From assembly GCA_018658955.1 (NCBI GenBank), contig JABIPM010000040.1:1-41487 (forward strand): a DNA stretch of 41,487 bases, in the 5' to 3' direction. Below, one piece after another: positions 32,678 to 39,717 of the stretch. The stretch is from Candidatus Woesearchaeota archaeon (GTDB lineage Archaea > Nanobdellota > Nanobdellia > SCGC-AAA011-G17 > UBA489). A program made the position numbers and the translations under genes. The notes under the pieces are model-generated. The model worked only from the letters and a program-made list of their open reading frames with translations, made no database searches and was not told where the DNA came from. The first letter of the stretch is position 1. Each line of letters opens with the position of its first letter.

Positions 32678-33058
32678 ATGAAATGATCAACATATGTAAG
32701 GTCAGAAGGTCACGTCCATCAAGCCCCTCAAGAAATAAAAGCAAGGTTCAGATTAATTCATGATGAAGAAAATGGTCTAGAAAAAAGAGTTTTTCAAGAG
32801 TTTTTCATTAAAAAAACATATGATTCAGATTTCGAACATTATTCTGCACTAGAGTTATCTGGAGAAACTTTGGACAGATTAGAAAATAGAGAAGCATATA
32901 TTATCTCTGACAGTTTAGTTTATTCTTTAGCACCAAATCAATCAAAAAGAGTAACTAGAAAAGAAAATAACAAACAAAGTTTGAATCAATCTGATATCTG
33001 GAAAAAAGATCTTTTAAGGACATCTTCCTATAGAAAGCAATTAAATCAATCGTCATAA
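32678..33058 (+). pseudogene. 127-codon reading frame opened by ATG 32678 but interrupted by an in-frame TGA at codon 3 (32684-32686)
   Basis: atg aaa TGA tca aca tat... then stays open to TAA at 33056-33058. The only internal near-canonical start is TTG at 32870, which the track uses. The upstream 60 codons look protein-like (..HQAPQEIKARFRLIHDEENGLEKRVFQEFFIKKTYDSDFEHYSALELSGE..). Confidence 0.35.
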
Positions 33059-33816
33059 CTTTCAAGAATTGGTTCAAGAGCCAGGTTAATAGTATTCATC
33101 CAAGAATCATTAAATTTTAGAGTACTTTGGTTTCTAACTTTTCCCAAAATTCCATTTCTTTGAAGATTGACAGCAATACCCTCTCCTAAATTATTGATTC
33201 TAAATGTAGAGCTATCGTAATTATCAGTTGTAAAATTATTAAATATTAATGAAAAATTATATTTTGCATCATCTGAAGATAGAGTTTTTCCACGAATGTT
33301 GATTGACCCATAACGAGGATTACTAAATTTAATATCTGCTTGCCTATTTTCATTTTTAGATCTTAAGTTTACGCTAAGTTCTAAATATTCGTTTGAATTA
33401 GGATTTCCGAATTTAGCAGAATACTCATTGTTAGTTATTTCAGAAGGATTAACTCTGAGTAACATATCAGAAACTAAGTTTTCTAACTCCTGAGGATTAG
33501 ATAAATAGTCTTTTCCATTTAACCATTCTTTAATTGCATTATCAAATTGTTGGACATTAGAATAAGATTCATTGGTTCTAGAAATTAAATGATTATAATC
33601 TGAATTTTTTTTAATAGAGATATCCTCTAAACCTTCAGAGGGTTTAGTTGTAGGTGTTTCAATTATTGATTCTAAGGATTTTTGAAAAACTGGAATTTCA
33701 ACAGCTGAAGACATTTCAATTTTTTTAGGCGGCGTAGGGCAAGCATATGAAATATACGTGGAGGCCCCAGCTAGGGCACCTAAAATTCCACAGTATATAT
33801 ATTTTAAAGAACTCAT
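33046..33816 (-). CDS. Hypothetical secreted or membrane-anchored 256-aa protein
   Basis: The N-terminal hydrophobic segment is YCGILGALAGASTYISYACP. The remainder is N/S-rich and looks beta-rich. The start overlaps the upstream stop (ATGA at 33813-33816). Confidence 0.55.
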   Translation of the reverse strand: MSSLKYIYCGILGALAGASTYISYACPTPPKKIEMSSAVEIPVFQKSLESIIETPTTKPSEGLEDISIKKNSDYNHLISRTNESYSNVQQFDNAIKEWLNGKDYLSNPQELENLVSDMLLRVNPSEITNNEYSAKFGNPNSNEYLELSVNLRSKNENRQADIKFSNPRYGSINIRGKTLSSDDAKYNFSLIFNNFTTDNYDSSTFRINNLGEGIAVNLQRNGILGKVRNQSTLKFNDSWMNTINLALEPILESYDD

Positions 33817-34223
33817 GGATTTATTAGTTCACTCTCTACTCCATCTGCATCATAACACTGACAATGGCCACATGAAATCTTTCTGTGATATTTGCCGTCC
33901 TTTTTTCCAAAACTCCTATCGTTGCAACTTTTTGCATCTCCTTGAGCATTATTGTGTCCTGCTTCAGTATCGGTACAAGTATCATGGCAAAATTGGTCTG
34001 CCTCATCTTGTGCAGCAGAATCTGCTTCTTTTTGGGTGGACCCAGTTCCACATGCTTTGACATCTTGGTTTTTTGCAATTGCTCCAGGGCATTGAAGCTT
34101 TTCTTGTCCACTTGCACTATCCTCTGCAGCACCGATACTAGAAGTTTGTCCATAAACAAAACTAGTACTAGAAATCACAAATAACGTCATGATAACCAAT
34201 AATATTTTAATATTTCTTTTCAT
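33813..34223 (-). CDS. Small secreted cysteine-rich protein (8 Cys), G+C-elevated
   Basis: 136 aa. The signal peptide is MKRNIKILLVIMTLFVISSTSFVYG|Q. The mature part carries 8 Cys, including FCHDTCTD and SCGHCQC. Three overlapping shadow ORFs in the track reflect the locally higher G+C. Confidence 0.6.
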   Translation of the reverse strand: MKRNIKILLVIMTLFVISSTSFVYGQTSSIGAAEDSASGQEKLQCPGAIAKNQDVKACGTGSTQKEADSAAQDEADQFCHDTCTDTEAGHNNAQGDAKSCNDRSFGKKDGKYHRKISCGHCQCYDADGVESELINP

Positions 34224-34301
34224 ATTTCTTTTCTCCTATTTTTTAATAGTAAATTAATAGAACTCTTAACTTTATATTCGTTGCGAAAAGAAAAAAAGAA
34301 A

Positions 34302-34607
34302 TTAAGCGGAGTAATTTCCGCCATCAAACTTAAGAGCATAGTAACCTCTTACTTTGCTATTAAATGAGTCTCTTGCAGGCCCAATTAAGTGATTTTCTGA
34401 ATTTTCATTAAAGTATTTTCTAGAAAAAGCCATTCTGTCCATTATATTGCCTTCTTCTAATAAAGTAATATATTCCTTAGCTAACAAAAATCCTTTTGTT
34501 TTACCCGTTTCGCCTTCTGAGTTAACTTGGTTAAGCTCATCACATAAGGTTTCTCTAACTGTGTCTTTAACACTCTTTAATATTTTTTCTAAATTTTTAT
34601 CTGTCAT
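34302..34607 (-). CDS. Hypothetical 101-aa protein, paralog of 34646..35176
   Basis: LAKEYITLLEEGNIMDRMAFSRKYF and the tail YYALKFDGGNYSA* align with MANEYIFMKRNGNLEEAEEFRRDYLF and LFALGYTGGSLP* of the neighbouring gene. Confidence 0.55.
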   Translation of the reverse strand: MTDKNLEKILKSVKDTVRETLCDELNQVNSEGETGKTKGFLLAKEYITLLEEGNIMDRMAFSRKYFNENSENHLIGPARDSFNSKVRGYYALKFDGGNYSA

Positions 34608-34645
34608 AGTTCAATTACCCTCAAATTTCAATTTAAAAAACTTGC

Positions 34646-35176
34646 TTAGGGTAGGGATCCTCCAGTATATCCTAATGCAAAGAGCTTATCCTCTACACTC
34701 AATGATCCTGACCGATATCCGAATGTAGGCTCCTTCTGAATAACTTCATAAGTTTTACTTGTATTTTTCCCACTATCTCTTACATGATGTCTAAATGCTA
34801 CTCTGCTTGTTTCAAAATAGGTTCTCAAACTTTCGCCAAACAGGTAATCGCGCCTAAATTCTTCTGCTTCTTCTAAATTTCCATTTCTTTTCATAAAAAT
34901 ATATTCATTAGCCATATTTCTTCCAATCTCTAATCTTCCAGCAATGTACAGTTCTATGCCTCTTTCTATTTCAGATCTTTTTCCGTCTGTTTTTATCTCT
35001 TTAAACCTGAAGTTTGATTTAGGTTTTACTATCTTAACTTCTACTGGTTTTTCTGCTACACTTGCAGTGTTCATTATCGTTTCTAAATTACTATTTTGTT
35101 TCATTGAACGCCAAAAGTCACAACTTCCCTTTTTAAATATTTTTAAAGGGCCTTTTAAAGGCAGAGAGTAAATCAA
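34646..35176 (-). CDS. Hypothetical protein, paralog of 34302..34607 (true start probably M25 at 35104)
   Basis: The first 24 codons of the long ORF read through an A/T block (ctttaaaaatatttaaaaagg on the coding strand). That block looks like a TATA box about 30 nt upstream of ATG 35104 (MKQNSNLETIMN..). Confidence 0.55.
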   Translation of the reverse strand: MIYSLPLKGPLKIFKKGSCDFWRSMKQNSNLETIMNTASVAEKPVEVKIVKPKSNFRFKEIKTDGKRSEIERGIELYIAGRLEIGRNMANEYIFMKRNGNLEEAEEFRRDYLFGESLRTYFETSRVAFRHHVRDSGKNTSKTYEVIQKEPTFGYRSGSLSVEDKLFALGYTGGSLP

Positions 35177-35243
35177 AACCTACTCTCAGAAATCAAAATC
35201 ATTTTCAAAACATATAAAAAGAGAACAATGAATCTGTTCTTAA

Positions 35244-36464
35244 GTGGTAAGATTAAAAAGAGAGTTGAGCCTTTGGCAAGTAACTATAGCAGGGGTAGGT
35301 ATTATTCTAGGTGCAGGTATTTATGCACTAATTGGGGTGGCAGCAGGTACTGCTGGAAACGCAATTTGGTTAGCATTTTTAATCTCTGCAGTGGTTGCAG
35401 GATTAACTGGTTTAAGTTACGCAGAATTAACTTCAATGTTTAAGGGTGATGCAGCAGAGTATGATTACATTAAGGAAGCATTCAACCATAAAATTGCATT
35501 AGCGGTAGGAATAATGATTATTGCTGCAGGGTTTGTAAGTGCAGCAACAGTAGCATTAGGTTTTGCAGGTTATTTTATTAAAATTTTACCAATCTCTATG
35601 GTTCTTGCAGCAATTGGATTAATTGTTTTAATGACTATAATTAATTTTACAGGAATTAAACAAACGGCATGGTTCAATACAGTTTCTACATTCATCGAAT
35701 TTGGCGGATTAGTATTAGTTATTTGGATAGGATTTCAACATCTGGGCGAAGTAAATTATTTGGAAATGCCATTTGGAATGTCTGGAGTTCTTAGTACTGC
35801 TTCATTGGTATTCTTCGCGTATATGGGATTCGAAAGCATTGTAAAATTAAGAGAAGAAACAAAAGACCCAGAAAGAACAATTCCTTTAGCATTGATTTAT
35901 TCAGTAATCATTACAGCAGTAATGTATGTATTAGTTGCAATTGCAGCAGTAAGCATAGTTAATTGGAAAACACTGAGCAATTCTACTGCCCCCTTGGCAG
36001 AAGTTGTAGCAACATCGATAGGTCCCAAGGCATTTATTATTGTAGGTATAATTGCATTATTCTCAACAGCTAACACAGTGTTAATCACATTAGTAACAAC
36101 TTCAAGAATGATATATGGAATGGCAAAACGAAAAACCTTCCCAAAAATATTTGCGGCAGTTCATAAAAAAACAAGAACTCCCTGGGTTGCAATAATTCTG
36201 TTATCCTTAATTACTATGATATTTACATTAATCAATGATCTAGAATTTATAGCAAACTTAACAAACTTATTCTTATTTGCAACCTTTGCAATGGCAAACC
36301 TAAGTATGATAATTTTAAGATACAAATTCAAGAAAAAAAGAGGATTCTATTGCCCTGTAAACATTGGTAAGTTTTCAGTAATTGCATTCCTAGGTTTCTT
36401 AACTTCAGTTATAATGTTTGGATTTGTAGTTCTAAACTTATTGGGAATTAATTTAATCTTTTAA
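35244..36464 (+). CDS. APC-superfamily amino acid permease
   Basis: 406 aa with about 12 TM helices. The N-terminal LSLWQVTIAGVGIILGAGIYALIG is typical of APC transporters. The start is GTG. Confidence 0.8.
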   Translation: MVRLKRELSLWQVTIAGVGIILGAGIYALIGVAAGTAGNAIWLAFLISAVVAGLTGLSYAELTSMFKGDAAEYDYIKEAFNHKIALAVGIMIIAAGFVSAATVALGFAGYFIKILPISMVLAAIGLIVLMTIINFTGIKQTAWFNTVSTFIEFGGLVLVIWIGFQHLGEVNYLEMPFGMSGVLSTASLVFFAYMGFESIVKLREETKDPERTIPLALIYSVIITAVMYVLVAIAAVSIVNWKTLSNSTAPLAEVVATSIGPKAFIIVGIIALFSTANTVLITLVTTSRMIYGMAKRKTFPKIFAAVHKKTRTPWVAIILLSLITMIFTLINDLEFIANLTNLFLFATFAMANLSMIILRYKFKKKRGFYCPVNIGKFSVIAFLGFLTSVIMFGFVVLNLLGINLIF

Positions 36465-37558
36465 TATTTCTGAATTTTATGTCTAAACTTAGCATCAACT
36501 CTATCCTTTGTTCCTCTTCCACTTAATCCTGGACCCGTAGGTGTTTTTTTCAAATAGTTTTCAGTTGTAATTTCCGTTCCAGATTTAAATAATTCATGAA
36601 ACTTATCAAAATCAATCCAAGTATGCCATTCGCCCTCTTTCTTGAATTTTTTCTTAGCAAACAAAACAACTCTAGATCTAATGTGTTCTGAAGCAATTTC
36701 ATAATCATCTAAATATTTATCTAACTCTTTTGAAAATTCAACAACATCTTCATGCAAAGGCATATTGCTTTTTTCTAATCTTTCTCTAGATGCCCCAATA
36801 AACATGTATCCTTTAACTTCAATAAAATCCGGATTTCCAATTTTAATTAAATCAGCATACTTTTCAGGTTCACACATATTCAAATCTTTAATCGCAGTTA
36901 ATCTAATTGCAGTTCTTTCTTTCTTCTTCTTTAAATTTTCTAAACTTTTAATCATTCGTTCCCAATAGTCTTCAAACAAAGGATTATCTATTTCTTTCAA
37001 TAATTTTTTAGTTGGAGCATCAATACTCAAATACAATTGTGTAACCGGAGTTAATTTTTTTATTTCATCAGGGTATTGTGCATTTGTAACTAAGAATGTA
37101 GAAATTCCCCTTTCATGATAATTATTAATCATCTCATTTATTTTAGGATAAATAATTGGTTCTCCTGTTAATGAAAGTGCAACATGCTTAACAGTTTTAG
37201 ATTGCTCATGCGCAGTATGGTTTGGATTCTTATTATCTCCAAAACCTGTTAGTAAATTTTTATGTGCTTTCAAACTTTTATTAATAATCATTTCAGGATT
37301 ATCCACTTCCCATTTCCAATCTTTTGAAACTGGCGCCTTATACCCTCTCCAACAAAAACTACATCTATTTGCACAACTCAAACTAGGAGAAGTCTGCATA
37401 CATTGATGGCTTTGAATACCATAGAATTTTAGTTTGTAACACCCGCCATCACCACGAATCATACTTCCAGTCCACCCACAAACCTTTACAACAGAATGGT
37501 TTCCAACTACCCTATAGCCCTGTTTAGTTAGAGTTTTTTTTGCTTCTGGAGTTATCAT
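36461..37558 (-). CDS. taw1: tRNA 4-demethylwyosine synthase (TYW1/Taw1), radical SAM
   Basis: 365 aa. The radical-SAM cluster motif is CANRCSFCWRG. An N-terminal second Cys cluster region is present (..VKVCGWT..CYK..). ..LSLTGEPIIYP.. and the overall length fit TYW1. Confidence 0.85.
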   Translation of the reverse strand: MITPEAKKTLTKQGYRVVGNHSVVKVCGWTGSMIRGDGGCYKLKFYGIQSHQCMQTSPSLSCANRCSFCWRGYKAPVSKDWKWEVDNPEMIINKSLKAHKNLLTGFGDNKNPNHTAHEQSKTVKHVALSLTGEPIIYPKINEMINNYHERGISTFLVTNAQYPDEIKKLTPVTQLYLSIDAPTKKLLKEIDNPLFEDYWERMIKSLENLKKKKERTAIRLTAIKDLNMCEPEKYADLIKIGNPDFIEVKGYMFIGASRERLEKSNMPLHEDVVEFSKELDKYLDDYEIASEHIRSRVVLFAKKKFKKEGEWHTWIDFDKFHELFKSGTEITTENYLKKTPTGPGLSGRGTKDRVDAKFRHKIQKY

Positions 37559-37630
37559 ACTCCTTTTGAGAAATAGCTTTATTTAATCCTTTTGGGCTTC
37601 GCTAACTTCTTTAGAAAACCGTATATGTGT

Positions 37631-37644
37631 ATAGTATATACTAT
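37631..37644. promoter_or_regulatory. Perfect 14-bp palindrome (candidate RHH operator / TATA overlap)
   Basis: atagtatatactat is self-complementary and ends 6 nt before ATG 37651 of the RHH gene. Confidence 0.4.
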
Positions 37645-37650
37645 GACTAT

Positions 37651-37908
37651 ATGGCGACAAACATGATTACACTGAAGTTAGAAAATAAATTTCTGAAAGA
37701 AGTAGACACTATAGTGGAAAATGAGGGTTATCAAAATCGAACAGAGTTTATTAGAAATGCGCTAAGAGAAAAAATTGAAGAAATTAAAATTAGAAAAGCA
37801 ATGCTCAAATTAGCTTCATTGAAAGGAAGTTCTAATAAAAAAGTAAATGAAGAAACTTATAGAAAAGCAAGATCAAAAGCATTTGATAAAATTTCAAAGA
37901 ATATTTAA
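37651..37908 (+). CDS. Ribbon-helix-helix (CopG/NikR-N-like) DNA-binding protein
   Basis: MATNMITLKLENKFLKEVDTIVENEGYQNRTEFIRNALREKIEE follows the beta-strand, helix, helix pattern with the ..R(S/T)EFIR.AL.. signature. The track ORF starts at an upstream GTG (37627). Confidence 0.7.
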   Translation: MATNMITLKLENKFLKEVDTIVENEGYQNRTEFIRNALREKIEEIKIRKAMLKLASLKGSSNKKVNEETYRKARSKAFDKISKNI

Positions 37909-37963
37909 GAAACAAATAAAAATTTTGAATTAACTACAAATAAGGCAATAGCAGAATTAAAAA

Positions 37964-38226
37964 ATGGAAACTGATGAAATACAAAAAAAGTAAAATCTTA
38001 TTTTGAAAAAGGAGAATATGACATTTGGCCAAGATTTGCTATACTTGCAAGATTAGAAGAAGAGATTTCAGAAATAGGCAGGATTATTTCAGTAGAAGAA
38101 GGTCTGAGAGAAAAATGGAAAGTAGATAATATGAATTTCACTGACGAATTTGGAAATGCATTATTTCAGTTGATTCATTTGGCTAATCAGTGCGATGTAA
38201 ATATTAGTGAAGCAATTGAACAATGA
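37964..38226 (+). pseudogene. MazG-like NTP pyrophosphohydrolase gene split by a frameshift at an A7 run
   Basis: ATG 37964 gives METDEIQKK then TAA (37991-37993). The frame starting at 37993 continues KSYFEKGEYDIWPRFAILARLEEEISEIGRII...TDEFGNALFQLIHLANQCDVNISEAIEQ* (MazG-like EEExxE ... E(F)G(N)ALFQL). One extra A in the run 37983-37989 would fuse both parts. Confidence 0.6.
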
Positions 38227-38280
38227 ATCGTTAGGAAGAAGTTAGCAAAAATTAACAAAACTACTTTTCAAAAAATATAA

Positions 38281-38694
38281 TTATTTTAAATAGAATTCGA
38301 GTTCTTTCATTAAGGTTTTGGAGTTTTCTATGGATTGTTTAGCTGTTTCAAAGTCCATTTTATTTCCGTAATAAGTAAGGGAATTTCTTTTATATCTTAA
38401 ATCGTCAAATAGGTTGTATAATCTATCTTCTTTTAGAACATCTCTTAAAAAATATCCCAGACAAATATGGTTCAATATTTTGTAACCTCTTTGAATTATT
38501 AATGCTTGTAAAAGCTCTAATAATGACGTGTAGTAATCTTCAAATACAAAGTTACAGTTTTTTAGGGTTATTTCTTTTATTATTCCTATTCTTTCTTCTG
38601 CTACCCCCCTTAATGAATCAGCCCTTTCAAGATTCGGAGAAACTTTTTTTGCCGAATTATATTCAACGCATTCCTCCCATGAAGCCTCTTTCAT
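38281..38694 (-). CDS. HEPN-domain protein (putative toxin partner of the adjacent nucleotidyltransferase)
   Basis: 137 aa, all helical. ..YYTSLLELLQALIIQRGYKILNH... and ...LRYKRNSLTYYG match the HEPN (PF05168-type) pattern. The 4-nt overlap with the upstream MNT gene suggests coupling. Confidence 0.7.
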   Translation of the reverse strand: MKEASWEECVEYNSAKKVSPNLERADSLRGVAEERIGIIKEITLKNCNFVFEDYYTSLLELLQALIIQRGYKILNHICLGYFLRDVLKEDRLYNLFDDLRYKRNSLTYYGNKMDFETAKQSIENSKTLMKELEFYLK

Positions 38695-39224
38695 TTGAAT
38701 ACCGCTATTGGATTATTTAGAGTTATTCCATTTATGATATTATTTGCTAGATGTTTGTTGGAAATTTGGTTTAAATTACTGAATTTGAATATTTGAATTT
38801 TTCTTTGTAATGTTTTTTCGAATTTTTTTAGGTTTATTGTTTTTTTTGAAGGTGTTTCTAAGTAAATATCTATGTCACTATCTTCTATGTCTTCTCCTTT
38901 TGCATAAGATCCAAACAGAATTATTGAGGGATTATTTAATGACTCTTTTATTGATGCAATTATCTTGGATTTGTAAATTTGTTTTAGGTTGAAAAGTTTT
39001 TTTTCCAATTTGTAATTTTCGTTTGATCTATCTGCAGTATAAAATTGTATATTGCCCATTTTAATTATTTTTAATATGCCTTCTTGGTTTAATTCCTTGC
39101 AATACCTTATTGCTGAAGGTAAGGGAATATTTACTTCTCTCTCTATTTCTCTAACCCTCATTTTCTTTGTGGGATTCATTAGGAAATATCCTTTTAATTT
39201 TTCTTTGATATTAAGTCTTATCAT
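38691..39224 (-). CDS. wHTH + minimal nucleotidyltransferase (MNT)
   Basis: 177 aa. The N-terminal wHTH-like region is MRVREIEREVNIPLPSAIRYCKELNQEGIL. The NTase core is IILFGSYAKGEDIEDSDIDIYLE (GS...DxD). Confidence 0.75.
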   Translation of the reverse strand: MIRLNIKEKLKGYFLMNPTKKMRVREIEREVNIPLPSAIRYCKELNQEGILKIIKMGNIQFYTADRSNENYKLEKKLFNLKQIYKSKIIASIKESLNNPSIILFGSYAKGEDIEDSDIDIYLETPSKKTINLKKFEKTLQRKIQIFKFSNLNQISNKHLANNIINGITLNNPIAVFK

Positions 39225-39365
39225 ATGATAATTTATATTATCAATTGATATTTAAAGTTATCGCTTGCTTTTGATTATTATTGTGAAGTGTAGGTTATTT
39301 ATAAAACATCTCCGGAGGGACAGTAAGTATGGTAAATGCGTTTTAATTTCCGAGAATTTCGAAGA

Positions 39366-39608
39366 TTATTCAGATTTGCTTGGTTCAGGTTCCCTATATC
39401 TTAATCTAAAACTCAATCCGACTCCAATTGAAGAATCATCATATGCATAAATCTCCTCGCCCATATTATAAAAATTATTGATATATCCCTCAATACATTC
39501 ATTAGAACAATAAATTTCTGAAATTCCACAAGGTTTTGCTAAGACTACTGGAGTAAATTCCATATTTGCACAACTCTCTAAAGATAATATAGTCGCACCT
39601 GTAAACAA
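39366..39608 (-). CDS. Orphan ORF or gene fragment without a canonical ATG start
   Basis: The frame is open from 39665 down to 39366. The first near-canonical start is TTG at 39608. An ATG at about 39650 is in another frame and stops after 10 codons. The product is Cys-containing (..SCANMEFTPVVLAKPCGISEIYCSNECIEGY..). No family was recognised. Confidence 0.3.
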   Translation of the reverse strand: MFTGATILSLESCANMEFTPVVLAKPCGISEIYCSNECIEGYINNFYNMGEEIYAYDDSSIGVGLSFRLRYREPEPSKSE

Positions 39609-39717
39609 CGTAGAAGTTAATCCTTTTTTTAAATAATCTTTAATTTTTTCCGTAGTAACATCACTTCGTAGAAATTAAGAAGTAAAAGAAATATATATGG
39701 TTTTGGGTAAGAAGAAA

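Noticed and set aside
32684-32686. Selenocysteine at the in-frame TGA of ORF 32678..33058.
   Set aside because: The TGA is at codon 3 with no Cys-like redox context and no obvious SECIS-type hairpin nearby. No selenoprotein machinery is in the window. A pseudogene, sequencing error or alternative start is more parsimonious.
32745-32770. C/D-box sRNA candidate (AUGAUGA at about 32759), and a CUGAUGA at about 37970.
   Set aside because: No correctly spaced D box (CUGA) or terminal stem was found within 50-70 nt. Both sites lie inside protein-like reading frames.
33758-34184. Three extra ORFs overlapping the 8-Cys secreted protein gene: 33758..34060 (+), 33836..34159 (-) and 33885..34184 (+).
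   Set aside because: The locally higher G+C removes stop codons in several frames. Only 33813..34223 has a signal peptide, an ATGA coupling to the next gene and a sensible composition.
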